Program-made: the position numbers and the translations under genes
The notes under the pieces: model-generated
Database searches by the model: none
The model's input: the letters and a program-made list of their open reading frames with translations, nothing else
Told to the model about the DNA's origin: nothing
Shown: piece by piece, positions 1 through 12,283 of the stretch
Layout of the letters: every line of letters begins with the position of its first letter
Position numbering within the stretch: the first letter of the stretch is position 1
Assembly: GCF_000372725.1 (NCBI RefSeq)
Contig: NW_005201092.1
Span: 656,564-720,563 of the forward strand
Direction of reading: 5' to 3'
Source: Emiliania huxleyi CCMP1516
Lineage: Eukaryota
Length of the DNA: 64,000 nt

Positions 1-305
1 CTGTAGCGCCACTCCTCCTCGCTCGTCTCACCCTCGTCCGCAGCGCGCTCTTCCTGCATTCTCCGAAGGTCATCGTCGTATGCCGCCTTGTGAGTGCTCA
101 TCAGCACTTCATACGCGCCCTGCACCCTCTTGAAGGCCTCGCTCGCATCCGGCGAGTCATTCTTGTCGGGATGCACGAGCAGCGCGCAGTCGTTCCGAGC
201 CCGACGGATTTCCTCCACGTCGTCAGTGAAGGCGGGGAGATTGAGCACCTCGTACAGGTCTCTCGCCTGCAGGATGCGATCGACGGCTTGCACGGCTGAT
301 GGCAT
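1..305 (-). CDS. DnaJ/Hsp40 J-domain protein (partial, runs off the window start)
   Basis: Manual translation from the ATG at 305 gives MPSAVQAVDRILQARDLYEVLNLPAFTDDVEEIRRARNDCALLVHPDKNDSPDASEAFKRVQGAYEVLM..., with the canonical HPD motif and J-domain helices. Absent from the ORF track because it has no stop in the window. Confidence 0.85.
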   Translation of the reverse strand, partial: MPSAVQAVDRILQARDLYEVLNLPAFTDDVEEIRRARNDCALLVHPDKNDSPDASEAFKRVQGAYEVLMSTHKAAYDDDLRRMQEERAADEGETSEEEWRY

Positions 306-1225
306 TCGATCCTGTAGAGTCCTTACCCAAGTACGTCAACGTGTCGCCGTCCGTCCCGCCGTCGTCTCCGCCGCCTCCAGCGGAGGTGTGCGTGCATGCG
401 ATCCCGTTCCAGGCGTGTCCGGCATACCTGGGGAGGTGGAGGTGCAGCGTCCAAGAGCAGATTGTTCTTACTGCCTTGGGGCAGGGGTTCGAGGAGGGAG
501 CCTGCGAGTTCCCCGAAGGGGGCAGCTTCCTGGAGATGGGCGGAAACAACGGCCTGCACGAGAGCAACACCCGTTGCCTGGAGGCGTATTTTGGCTGGAG
601 CGGGTACCTCATCGAGGCAAACCCGCAGCTGTATCGGGACTTGTGCCGCAACCGCCCAAAGGCGGTTGGGATGAGCCTTGCCGTATGTCCACGCGCAGGG
701 ACGGTGAATCTCACCATACCTGTGCGCCACAAGGACCGTTACGGACGCAAGAACGGCACGTTTGCAGCGGCACCAGCTGCGGGGATTGCTGAGTACTTTG
801 GCCGTGCGCACAATGCGACCTTCCGCGTCGACGATGCCGCAGTCACGCGGCAGGTCCCATGCCTGCCCCTCCACTCAATCATCTTGGGCAACCAGGGCCT
901 GGACTACCTTAGCGTCGACGTGGAGGGCGCGGAGATGATGGCACTGCAAACCTTCCCGTGGGAGCGCATCAAGCCTCGAGTCGTCGGCGTGGAGCAGAGC
1001 GCCGATTCTCAACCAAAGAACGCGGCAGTCAGAGGCCTGCTGAGGGAGAATGGCTACGCGCTGGTGGGAACGGCGGTGACTTGGTAAGCCTACACCCAAC
1101 CCCTTCCCTTCCTCCCACCCCCGCTGATAAAGACGTGGCGCGTGCGCAGGAACGGCCACATTGGAGACGAGTTCTTCATGCCCCGCGCGCTCGTCGGGCG
1201 AGGCTCGCTCGAAAGAATTGGTTGA
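299..1225 (+). CDS. FkbM-family (Methyltransf_21) SAM-dependent methyltransferase; intron 1084-1149
   Basis: Motifs FLEMGGNNG..ESNT..LE..FGWSGYLIEANP and DYLSVDVEGAE. A GTAAG...GCAG intron joins to WNGHIGDEFF...*. True start uncertain. Confidence 0.8.
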
Positions 1226-1292
1226 GCGTAGCTTTCAAGCGTTTGTTCGCACACGCAGACGCGATTTTCCCTTTGTTTTTGAGAGCGCCTGC

Positions 1293-1842
1293 AGAAAGAA
1301 AGAAAGAAAACAGACAACCCAAGGGAGGGATGGGAGGACGGAAAGCCGCCACAACAAAAGAAAGAAAGAAAGAAAACAGACAACCCAAGGGAGGGATGGG
1401 AGGACGGCACGCCGCCACCACACAGGGATTTTAAGGAGAGGAGTGTGATGCGCTAGCCGTCGCCCACCCTAGGGAGTCTGCCTCTTCCTATCTCTTTTCG
1501 CAGTCTCTCGCCGATTCTCGCTGCAACCTTCATGCCACCTCGCGGCCGTCCCATTCTCGTCGTTCTCTCCCTTGTCACTTCCTCCGTCGCGTCATTCTCT
1601 TCCGCCTCGTCCTGCGCCGCCGCCGCCTGCCGTTCCCTTGTTCTCTCGGCTTCTTTCGCCTTTCGGCGCAGCTCCGCCCTCCTTGCTGCATATCCTGGCC
1701 CCTCGAGTCTATCGAGCTCCCCTCGCGCAAGGACCACATTTCTGACTCCCACTCCGATCATTTGCCTACAGGTCATGTTGTTGCTCAGGTCCACTCTCTC
1801 TTCGAAGACTCGTGACAACAGCCGCCACAACACAGGGATTTT
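1293..1842 (-). mobile_element. Nested 5'-truncated non-LTR retrotransposon (LINE) copies with (TTTC)n tail; inner copy 1357-1819
   Basis: Same 3' UTR/tail as 10273, 12359 and 59268. The inner copy is flanked by the 13-bp TSD AGCCGCCACAACA (1344-1356, 1820-1832). Confidence 0.8.
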
Positions 1843-1944
1843 TATTCGATCGAGCGTTTCTTTTTACTCGAGTTCACACGCTGGCGGTGGGCGCACACTT
1901 CCGCGCTCCTGCCCTCTTCGCGAGACTCATCCAGAGCCGCCACC

Positions 1945-3639
1945 ATGGCCGACCAGCACAAGGCAGCCGGCAACGAGTCCTTCAAGGAGGGCCGCTACGC
2001 AGAGGCGGCGCAGCACTTTACAGCCGCCATCGACCTCGACCCGGGCAACGCGGTGCTGCGCTCGAATCGCTCAGGCGCGTTTGCGAGCCTGGGCAGGTAC
2101 GCCGACGCGCTCGCCGACGCCGAGGAGGCCGTGGCGCTGCAGCCAGACTGGTCCAAGGGCTACTCCCGGATGGCGGCCGCGCTCTACGGCCTCGGACGCT
2201 ACGCCGAGTCTGCAGACACGTTTCAGCGCGGGCTGCAGGTGGACCCGTCGAACGCGCAGATGACACAGGCGCTGCAAGACGTGTCGGCCAAGCTTGCCGC
2301 TGCGCAGGCGCTCCACGAGGCTGCGGCCGCCGGCGACGCGCAGGCCGTCGGCGCCACGCTGCAGTCGCGAGTCCACCCGGAGGGGTGCGTCAGCCTTTAG
2401 ATGCTTAGGGTCGGGGCGAAGCGGCTCTTGCTACGAGTATGTACATCGGCGCCGCACTAGACAACACCCGCAGTTCGTAGACTCAGCGTATTCACGCACC
2501 AGGTTCGTTGGACCGGACGGGGCGACGCCGCTGATCGCCGCGGCACGCGCGGGCTGCGCCGGTGCGGTGCAGCGGCTCCACGACGCCGACTAGTCAACTA
2601 CCTATGAATTCATGATTGGTTATCAGGTGCGGTGCGGCAGCTCCTCGACGCCGGCGCGCGGCCCGAGGCGCGTACGCACGCCGGCGAGACCGCGGCAGCC
2701 ATCGCCCGCCGGCTGGGCCACGAGGAGGTCGCGGCACTTCTTCCGCCAGACGCACCCGCCGACACGCCCGAGGCGCCGCCGCCGCAGCAGCAGCAGCCGC
2801 CGCAGCAGCAACCGCAACCGCAGCAGCAGCGCGCGCCCTTTGGAGGCGCGTCCGGCCTCTTTGGCGCCGCCGCAAAGTTTGCTGGCGAGCTCGGCGCCGC
2901 CGCGGGCGATGCTGCGGCCGCTGCCCGCCGAGAGATCGCGGAGAGGGCCGAGCGCAGGACTGCGGGGCTTGGCGGCGGCCTCGGGGGCGACGGCGGAGAG
3001 GCGGGCGGCGGGCAGGCGGCGGCGGCGAGGGCGGCGGCGGCGAGGGCGGCGGCGGCGACGGAGGCGGCGGAGAAGGTGGCGGCGGGCGTGGCGGCAGCGG
3101 CTGCGAGTGCGCCGGAAGAGGAGGAGGAGGGTGGTGTCGCGCGGGACGCAGACCAGCTGAGGGCGGTGCTGGAGGCGGAGGCGGAGACGCGGAGGGTGCT
3201 GGAGGAGCAGGAGCGTGAGGCGGCCGCCGCGCTGGCGGTGGTGGAGGCGGAGGAGGCGGAGGAGCGAGGCCGGCGTGCCGAGCAGCTCAAGACGGACGGG
3301 AACGCTGCCTTCCGCGAGGCGCGGTACGCCGAGGCGGTGAGGCTCTACTCGGCCGCGGTGGAGCTCGAGCCGGAGAACGGCGTCCTCTTCTCGAACCGCT
3401 CGGGCGCGCTCACCGCCCTCGCCTCGTACGACCTCGCCCTCGCCGACGCCGACCGCTGCACCGCCCTGCGGCCCGACTGGCCAAAGGGCTTCGCGCGCCG
3501 CGCCGCGGCGCTGCACGGCCTCCGCCGCTTCGCGCTGGCGGTGAACGCGTACGACGCCGCCCTCGCCCTCGACCCGTCCGACGGCATCCTCGTCACGGCG
3601 CGTCGCCAGTCGAGTTTCGCCCTCGCGATCGAGACGTGA
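1945..3639 (+). CDS. TPR-ankyrin-TPR protein (STI1/HOP-like TPR domains), 2 introns
   Basis: Two TPR triplets (KAAGNESFKEGRY...NRSGAFA...PDWSKGYSR; KTDGNAAFREARY...PDWPKGFAR) with an ankyrin repeat (GATPLIAAARAG...GETAAAIARRLGHEEV) between them. Confidence 0.85.
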
Positions 3640-4332
3640 GCGACGCGCACAGCAGAGAGTTTGCAGCTTGGCCGAGTGCGAGTCCAGCTGTGAGATGTCA
3701 TGTGCTACACGCGCCGACGCAGTCACGCAGTGTTCCAAATGGACAAGGCGAGTTGGCGCTTAATTTTTGAAAGATGTTCATCGCATGCACAAGTATCCCA
3801 GGCGCCGCGCAACACACTCAGCATAATACGCCATGGAGAAGTTTGTTCGAGACCTCGGGAGCGGCCGGCTATTCACAGCTGGGCAGTGTGGTTTGGGCCG
3901 GGCAGGGCAGTGTGGGTTTCACACCCGGGGCAGGTAGGGGATCGGGCAGGGCAGTTGTGCGGCAGTGTGCGGGCAGGGCAGTACGGCAGGGCAGGGCAGG
4001 GCAGTTCCAGTTGGGGTCATAATTGCAGGGCTGAGATTCGGGATCTCAGGTGGTGAAAAAAAAGGGGAGACAATTGCTGTGAACATGAAATTTGAATAAC
4101 AATCTCAGTGAGATGTGTGAACATGACGGCCGATCGACGAATTACACGCGCGAGCTTGCGAGCTCATCTGCATCTCAATCAAATCTCAGAGGGAGCGCCG
4201 TGTGTATCTTGATGCGTGACACTGCACTACGACTACTCCTCGTCCGACGAGTACTCCGTCTCGCCCTCCCACGCCACGACGGCGCCGACAGGAATGGTCA
4301 TTATCTCTTTATACCTGGGGTATATGGTAATC

Positions 4333-5966
4333 TTAGAGGTCTGCCTGGTAAATGGAAGCTCCTGGCGCCTGTCCGACAGACTCAACGTCCACGACGCCAT
4401 CGGGCTCCATCTTTGACATCCTGTCACTTGGCATGCCGGGCGTGGAAGCACAACGCGGGCTCTTCCTCCTGCTGCAGCTGCATGTGCAGCAAAGGTACGC
4501 CACAAGATTAACAACCAGTAGAAGAACCACTCCAACCAAGGTCGGGATCACAACTGGGGGAGAGACCCAGCCGCCCTTGGTCGGATTTGGGTCCTCCTTG
4601 ACCTCGACTGTTAAGGCGCCTTCGACGGAGGCCCCCACCGTAGCGAGGATGGTGCTCACCGCCTCTTCGAAGCGTTCCTGGCCTGCCGCTCCGGAGTACG
4701 AGGCGAGTCTGCGTTGCGCCGTGACCGCCTCCTCACCCGGTAGATCTCGCATCTCGAGTGCGGGATCCAGTGCCCGGGAGGCAAAGGCAGGCGGTAGGAC
4801 ACCTCGGGCGCGCCGCTGAATGCGATCGAGCTCCCTTGGCTTGCCGTTCCGCTCTCCAGCAGGGTCCCGTTCTCCAGCGTCAAGCGCCCGCTCGAAATGT
4901 AAACGAGGCCGCCTTCCTCGGTGGCAGTGCTGTCTGCGAGACGGACCCGGTTCAGTGTGGTCTCGCTGTCCGTCCCACCGTCAATGTGCAGAGCCCCACC
5001 CTTGACTGCGCTGCAGCCGGTAATGTTGACCTCGCTCAGCTCCACCTGGGGAACCTTGACAGTCCTGATGGCCCCGCCCAAGCCCTGGGCGTTCTCGCCT
5101 TCTATACCAGTCTCAGTGCTGCAGCGCGTTATCTCCACCGACTCCAGTCGCAAGCTGCCTCTGGCGGCGGAAATGGCTCCGCCAGAGTTCCCAGCGTAGC
5201 AGTCCTGTATGCGAACGTCACGCAAGCTCGCGCTTGAATCATCCATGCGGACCGCACCGCCATCAGCTTCCGCCTGGCAATTCGCCAAGACGAGCCCTTC
5301 CAACCAGAGCGTTGCCTTGTTTTTCAGGATAAAGAGGCTGTCCAGCGCATCGGTGCCGTCGATGGTGGCGCCAGTGATGCTGCCTGAGCTGCGGATGGTG
5401 ACGTCTACTCCGTCAAGGACGAGAGACTGGCTGAGCCTGACGTTCGCGCCGGGCTGCAGGTAGATGTATGTCGTGTTTTCCCGGACGGCCAGCTGTAAGG
5501 CGGCGTTGCCACTCACAAAGACCTCGCCCGGAGAGAGCGGAAGGAGGGGCGGCAACGGCGGCGGCTTTGGTGGGTATGGAACTGGCGGTGGCGCACGTGG
5601 CGGCGGTGGCGACGGTGGCAACGGTGGGGGCGCCGGTGGGGACGGGACGGCGGGCGGAAGCGGGTTGTTGAGACGAGTGTACGCGATCTCAGGCCCGCCA
5701 CAGTCATTGCAGTCGGTGCCGAGAGCGCAAGCCGAGTTGATGGAGCCTTGCCCGCCATCGTCGCATGAACCGTCGTTGCTGAAGGCGCACGAGTCTGAAC
5801 AGCCCGGCGGCGGCGACGGTGGCGGCGGCGGCAGCGGCGGTGGCGCGCTCGGTGGCGGGCTCGGAGGAGGAGGGGAGGGTGGCGGTGAAGGTGGTGGCGG
5901 GGACGGAGGCGGCGGCGAGGGTGGAGGCAGGGAAGCGAGAGCGCACAGAGACAGGGCAGCCAACAT
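4333..5966 (-). CDS. Secreted/membrane Pro-rich protein with a Cys-rich module and Pmp-like (GGAI) beta-helix repeats; frame break near 4740 before the TM segment
   Basis: Signal peptide MLAALSLCALASL, SPPPP tracts, CSDSCAFSNDGSCDDGG...GTDCNDCG, repeated GGAV/GGAI/GGAL. The TM helix VVIPTLVGVVLLLVVNLVAYL lies in another frame (4333-4752). Confidence 0.65.
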
Positions 5967-6341
5967 GGAGAAGACGCCTTTGGGGTTTTGGCGGCGTGTC
6001 GCGATTATGTGCCTTGGCGTTCGTTTTCTTTTTCTTGTTAGAAAGCGAACCCAACCGATTCTGACTCCGACCATGGGCGGAATGACGATATCTAGCCGTG
6101 TGTGCTGGCGTGAGTGTGTGTGTGTGACCGCGGCGCAGCCACAGTGCCTCGGCGATGCGCCTCCGGCTGCTTGCTGCGGCGAGTGTGGCTCTGCTCGCTG
6201 CGATGGCGAAAAACTCGTCTCGTCGCACACCAAGAGCTTACGCTCTCTGTCGAGATGTGAGGCGCTTGCGGCCCAGGAGGGGAGGGCGCATGCGTAGCGA
6301 CGCTGCTAGCGATGCCTTTCGGGGCCCAGAGATAAAACTTC

Positions 6342-6585
6342 TGTAGGGGATGCCATGCCCGTGACCTAGTTAGTGTCCCCAGCTATGGGCGTGTCCACGT
6401 TGGAGTCAGGTGTGGTGTGGACGCGAGAATAGCTCCGCCGTTCATGGAGGCAACCGATGCGCGAGTCGACTGACAACGACTCGGGTGTGTCCGACACTGT
6501 GGAGTGTCGAGTGTGTGATGTGGTGTGTTGTAGTGTGTCGTCGTGGTGCTTCCGCGTATCAAGAGAATACTCACTCACTCACACA
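6342..6585. mobile_element. Possible solo LTR
   Basis: TG...CA ends, imperfect 4-bp flanks CTTC/CTGC, non-coding composition. Weak support. Confidence 0.25.
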
Positions 6586-6690
6586 CTGCTGGCGTTCCTC
6601 GGGACCCCGCGGGTTTTCACGTATTGCTAAAAATCTTCTCTCTCTTCACGTAACGTGTGCACACATTGCGGTGGGGGCTCGTACTTGCCG

Positions 6691-7494
6691 TTATAGCTGC
6701 TCTCGCTGGGTCCTCCTCCTTTGCCGCCTCCACCGCGCGATGAAGAACCCGTCGTGGTGCCGGTTCGGCAGGAGGCGGCGCGTGTGTCCGTCGGCGCCTT
6801 CGAGGCGCGGACTAAAGGGCCACGGCTCGAAGCCGGCGTCGTCGTCGAACGCGGCGACCACCTCCTCGTTCTCCTCGCGCAAAATCGAGCACGTCGCGTA
6901 GACGAGCCGGTCGTGACAGCGCGACGCCGCCTCGCGCAGGAGCGAGAGCTGGAGGGTCGCGAGGGCCGCGAGCACGCCGTCCGCGCCGGCGTGCGCGGCG
7001 CGGTCGCGGCGGCGGCGCCGCGCCGCGAGCTCGTCGCACGCTTGCCCCGCGTCCTCGCCCGCGGCGGCGCGTGCGGCGGCAGCGGCGGGCGGCGCAGCGG
7101 CGGGCGTGACTGTCCGCCCTAAGCGTCGCAGGACGCCCGAGCCGCTGCAGGGAGCGTCGACGAGGACGAGATCGAAGGCCGCGTCGGGGATCGACTCGCC
7201 GTCTGAGCAGCGCACCGCCACGCCCGCGCGCCTCGGCACGGGACGTACACCAGTCATGCGCGTGTGCGTATGGTATGACGGCCGCACCGCCACGCCCGGC
7301 ACACCTCGCTCGAGCGCGCAGCCGCGCGAGGCGGCCGACGTCCACGTCGTGGCACCAGAGCTCCGTCGCTCGCGCCTGTGAGGAAGGGTGCGAGCACCTT
7401 CAGGGAATGGTCGAGGGAGGCGTGGCACCAGAGCTCTTTCGCTCGCGCCGCCAGCGCAAGGCTCTTGCCGCCATTGCCTGCACACATGTCGAGC

Positions 7495-7558
<64 letters not shown>

Positions 7559-8243
7559 CGAAGCAGGCCTCGACGATCGCCTGCGAGCCCGCGTCCTGCA
7601 CCTCGAACTCGCCCTCACTCCAGCCGGGCAGCGCCCACACGCCGCCCCGCGGCCGGCCGCCAACCAGGGTGAGAGCTCGAGGCGCACCGACGCCCGCCGG
7701 CGGCCGCTCCGTCACCACTCCTGCCGCCGCGAGCGCCTCCTCGACCGCACCGATCGAGACGTCGTCGCGCACGCGTAGCGTGACCGGCCCGCGCCTCGTC
7801 GACTGGTCGGCGACGGCGGCGGCGACTGCTTCGCCGAGGTCGCGCCGCCAACGCGCGCAGAGCCAGAGCGGAGCGCCGCTTGTGGCGCTCAGCCTCTCGT
7901 CTGCGTCTGCCGGCCATGTGTAAGCGCCGTCGTCCTCGTCTCGCGCTCGGAGCAGCGCCGCCGCCACCGCAGTGGCGTCGCTCGCGGCGCCGCACAGTCC
8001 GCGCTGGGCGCAGATCCACTCGTACCGCCGCAGCCGCGTCGCGGTCCCGAGGAAAACGTCAGCTGCCACCCGCCGATCGGCGTCAGTGAATGAACTCTCG
8101 CCTCGCAGTGCTCGTGCGAGCACCTTGTCGGCCGCCACGTTCTCCTCGCTGGCGCGGTAGGCGACAAGCGCCTCGCGAGCGAGTGCCGCTGGCGCCAGCG
8201 CCCGTGCGCTCGCGAGGAGTGCGACAAGGAGCGGTGGGCGCAT
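6691..8243 (-). CDS. RsmB/NOP2/Sun-family RNA (cytosine-C5) methyltransferase, probably organelle-targeted; multi-exon
   Basis: EVQDAGSQ, LDMCAGNGGKS, VLVDAPCSGSG, LVYATCSILREENEEVV and DGFFIAR motifs. Hydrophobic N-terminus; poly-Gly (GCC)n at about 7497-7557. Confidence 0.88.
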
Positions 8244-8537
8244 ATGTCTCGTGGCGGGTGACCAACGATGAGCGTGTCGATGAGGTGGGCCGCGCGCGAT
8301 CTGCTGCTGGACCCTACCGTCCGCGGTGCGTGAGCAAAGCCGAGCGGCCGCGGGTCGCCGTGGGCGGGTCGCAACGCGCCTGTTTTCTTTTCCTTTGGCA
8401 AACATTTCCCTCCCCCCCAGCCCCAGGGCCTCCAGGGCTCGCACCTCAACCTCTCATGGATAGACCAGCGCACAGCGAGTTAGCTATTTCAAAAACGTGG
8501 AAATCGAAGAAAGAAAGAAATTTGCGTGGGCCGCAGA

Positions 8538-10028
8538 ATGCTCGCCTGCGCCCGCTACGAGCTGCGGCTCGCCGCTCTTCCGCCCGATGCCCTGATCGCG
8601 ATCACCGCCGGCGCGATGCGGGACAGCCCCGCTGCAAACAGGAGGGCCGAGGCGCTCCTCGCGCACCACAGCCCTCCGCCCGCCGTCGCGACCGACGTCC
8701 TCGCGGACCCGGACCTTGCGCCGTGCGTGCTCGAGAAGACGGGCCTGCGCCACGCGGCCGTGTGCAAGCGGTGGTCCCTGATCTGCGCGCCGCGCGGTGC
8801 CTTCGCGAGGCTCGTGGAGACCGCTGGCGATGCCTCCTCGGAGCTGCAAGCCGCTGCGCTCGGAGAGCTCAAGCGGCTGTCGGGAGAGGAGGCCGGCGGC
8901 AGGCGGGTGGACGCGCTCGTCGCCCTCTTGCAGGTTGGAGACGAGGACGAGAAGGCGGACGTCGCGGCAACGCTCCAGGAGCTTGCCCGGGACGACGATG
9001 AGAGCAGGGTGGCGATCGCTGCGGCCGGCGGAGTTGAGGTCCTCGTCGCGCTGGCTCGCGATGGGAATGAGGCGCAGAAGGAGCGCGCGGCGGGGACGCT
9101 GTGGAACCTCTCTTACAACGACGACAACAGAGTGGCGATTGTTGCGGCCGGCGGCATCGAGGTCCTCGTGTCACTGGCTCGCGACGGGAATGAGGGGCAG
9201 AAGGATTGTGCGGCAGGAGCGCTGTGGAACCTCGCTGTCAACGACGACAACGAGGCGGCGATTGTTGCGGCCGGCGGGATCGAGGTGCTCGTGTCGCTGG
9301 CTCGCGACGGGAATGAGGCGCAGAAGGAGCGTGCGGCAGGAGCGCTGGGGAACCTCGCTTACAACGACGACAACAAGGCGGCGATTGTTGCGGGCGGCGG
9401 CATCGAGCTGTTCGTTGCTATGGCTCGCGATGGGACTGAGAGGCAGAAGGAGAATGCTGCGGGAACGCTGGCGAACCTCGCTATGAACGACGACAACAGC
9501 GTGGCGATCGCGGCGGCTGGCGGAGTTGAGGTCCTCGTCGCGTTGGCTCGGGATGGGAATGAGATGCAAAAGGAGCTGGCCGCGGGGGCGCTCAGCAACA
9601 TGATTGAGGTAGCGTCTGGCACGCACGAGGGCGTCGTCGAGGCTGGCGGTGTGGCGGTCCTCTCCTCTCTCACACAGGAGGCAGGCGCCTCGGACGACTG
9701 CAAACTCGCTGCTGCCATTGCGCTTGTGTACCTGGCCAGCAGCTGTCCCGACCTCCCCGCTGACGACACTTGCCTCTCGCTGCTCCTCTCGCGGCTGGAC
9801 CAGCCCGAGGAAAATGGCTGGCGCAGAGACAGCATCAACGCCCTCCTCGCCCTCGCAACCTCCTCGTCTGCGTGCGCTGAGCAGTGGCACCGGGTCGGCG
9901 GCGTTGCGGCGCTGCAGGCGCTCGCTCGAGAGACGGCAGAGGAGGGGGTGGAGAGGCAGGTGGAGAGGTGCGACGAGGCGCTAGTCAGCCTCGGCGTGAG
10001 GAGGGTGCGCAGGCGGACGGCCGCGTGA
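8538..10028 (+). CDS. Armadillo-repeat protein
   Basis: About five near-identical 41-aa repeats (AAGGIEVLVSLARDGNEAQKERAAGALWNLA.NDDN). Confidence 0.9.
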   Translation: MLACARYELRLAALPPDALIAITAGAMRDSPAANRRAEALLAHHSPPPAVATDVLADPDLAPCVLEKTGLRHAAVCKRWSLICAPRGAFARLVETAGDASSELQAAALGELKRLSGEEAGGRRVDALVALLQVGDEDEKADVAATLQELARDDDESRVAIAAAGGVEVLVALARDGNEAQKERAAGTLWNLSYNDDNRVAIVAAGGIEVLVSLARDGNEGQKDCAAGALWNLAVNDDNEAAIVAAGGIEVLVSLARDGNEAQKERAAGALGNLAYNDDNKAAIVAGGGIELFVAMARDGTERQKENAAGTLANLAMNDDNSVAIAAAGGVEVLVALARDGNEMQKELAAGALSNMIEVASGTHEGVVEAGGVAVLSSLTQEAGASDDCKLAAAIALVYLASSCPDLPADDTCLSLLLSRLDQPEENGWRRDSINALLALATSSSACAEQWHRVGGVAALQALARETAEEGVERQVERCDEALVSLGVRRVRRRTAA

Positions 10029-10272
10029 GCCCCAACGGAGCCGCATGAGCTGTCTTTTGAGAGATCGAGTGGAGTCTTTCTCGAAAATCTCGTTGTTCGT
10101 AGAGTGAAGAAAGGTGAAGGCGAAAGTCGCTTCCTGGTACGGGGGTCGGGGGGACGGAGCACTTGGACTTGGAGTGCAGCGTGCAACAACACCGCACATC
10201 CAGGGCCGGGGAAAGGGGGAAGCTAAGAAGCGCACAAAAAATGACGAACCTTGGAGCACTTGGAGCGCAGTT

Positions 10273-12283
10273 AAGAAAGAAAGAAAGAAAACGGACAGCC
10301 CAAGGGAGGGATGGGAGGACGGCACGCCGCCACCACACAGGGATTTTAAGGAGAGGGGTGTGGTGCGCTAGCCGTCGCCCACCCTTGTCCCTTGGGCGTC
10401 CGCCTCTTCCTATCTCTCTTCGCAGTCTCTCGCCGATTCTCGCTGCAACCTTCATGCCACCTCGCGGTCGTCCCACTCTCGTCGTTCTTTCCCTTGTCGC
10501 TTCTTCTTCTGTCGCGTCGCTCTCCTCTGCCTCGTTCTGCGACGCCGCCGCCGCCTGCCGTTCCCTTGTTCTCTCGGCTTCTTGCGCCTTCGGCGCAGCT
10601 CCGTCCTCCTCGCTGCATATCCTGGCCCCTCGAGTCTATCGAGCTCTCCTCGAGCAAGGACGAGTCTTCTGACGCCCACTGCGATCATTTGCCACCCAGT
10701 CATATCGTTGCTCAGGTCCACTCTCTCTTCGAACACTTGTGCCTTCACTGATGATGCCGGCGCTGGGGTCCCCTTCGGGTGCATCGACCATCGTGACGGC
10801 TGACAACGGGGTTTCCACTGGTTCGTCCTCCTCGGAGTCGTCTTCCCCCTCTTCCTTCCGCTCGGCTCTACGTTCAGTACGTTCGGCGTGGCTCACCCTC
10901 CATGCCGTGAACAGGCGCTTTATCCACCCTATATTCTTCTCTCGTTCCTCTGCCCGTGCCTTGGTCTTGTCGTTGTTTCGCACCCATGTCTGTATGGCAA
11001 TCGAGGCTGCCTTCCCCACTACCTGTAGTTCACTCGTCACCTCTCCCGCGAGCTCCCCTCTCTTTCTTTCGGGTATGTGGTCCGTGAGTGCGGGCAGCGT
11101 GCTGAGGGAGGGTGTAGAGGATGTAGAGTGTAGAGCGCTGTAGAGCTGTAGAGATGTAGAGCGCTGTAGAGCTGTAGAGCTCTACATCCGCCGCGGGACG
11201 AGGCGCCTCCGTTGTAGAGCGATGTAGAGGCGCTCTACAACGTGAAATCTCTACAACAAACTCTACATCATATAAAGCGGCGAACGAGGCACGGTCGCTC
11301 TCCGACATGAGGCGCGTTGCACTTGCCAGTGCTGCCCTGGCCTTCTGTCTGCCCGCCCAATGGGTGGCAGGTGCCTCTGCTGCTATGGCATGCCTCACGG
11401 CTGCGACTGGCCGGCGCCTCGGCGCGTCAGCTCGGCTCGGCGTAGCGATCGTGGCCAGCGCAACTTGCCTGGACTCAACGCTCAGGGACAGCCAGGAGCT
11501 CCCGCACGCGCTGGCGCGAGTCATGGCGCATGCAACGCGTCTGAATGCTCGCCTCGCCTCGCGCAAATGCGACCGTCCTCGCAGCCGACAGTCCACCGCC
11601 TGCTAAAGAAGCACAGCGACGAATGCGGCACCGGCGGCGCATGGCAGGCTGGTCATGACGCAGTTATAGGGTGTTGTGTGCCGTCAGAGGGACTCTCTGT
11701 GTGTCAGGGATAGTCAGGGCTGTCCATCAGAGCTCCACTAAGCTCGGAGACACCCCATTAGCGCGGCTCGACCTCTTTGAGTCACTGTGCCTTCCCGGCG
11801 GTTTGGCTGTAGAGCCTCTACAACAAACTCTACAACAAAATCGCGCTCTACATCGCTCTACAACGGAGGCGCCTCGTCCCGCGGCGGATGTAGAGCTCTA
11901 CAGCTCTACAGCGCTCCAGAGCGCTCTACATCTCTACAGCTCTACAGCGCTCTACACTCTAGGATTCCTACATCCTCTACACCCTCCCTCAGGCAGCGTG
12001 CAGGCAATCACGGGCGCTATTTTGTCGTACTCCCCTTCGGCGAGCGCTCCGAATCTAGACCCCATTGCCTTTAAGGAGGCTGCCCTCGCGCGTCTCAGGA
12101 ATGTGGCGGTGTCTTTTGAGTCCGGCGCCGCCCGTTCGACTATTGCTGTCGCCCTCGCCGTGTGTTTGTCGAGCTTCCGCATGAAGTGACGCGCCTCTTC
12201 CTTATTTCCAGCGCAGCTGCCGCTCAGTATGTGCGCTAGCGACGCCTGTGGTGGCTCACTGTCTTCTTGTTTCCAGTCGTCCC
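10273..12283 (-). mobile_element. 5'-truncated LINE (about 1.1 kb of own sequence) interrupted by a DNA transposon
   Basis: (TTTC)n tail at 10273; 9-bp TSD AGCGCAGTT (10264-10272, 12284-12292). Decayed ORF end contains SLAHILSGSC, resembling the His...Cys half of a LINE zinc knuckle. Confidence 0.8.
11102..11992. mobile_element. Non-autonomous DNA transposon (hAT-like) with long TIRs
   Basis: Ends CTGAGGGAGGGTGTAGAGGATGTAG ... CTACATCCTCTACACCCTCCCTCAG, about 130 bp of inverted TGTAGAG-rich subterminal repeats, 8-bp TSD GCAGCGTG (11094-11101, 11993-12000). Confidence 0.88.
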
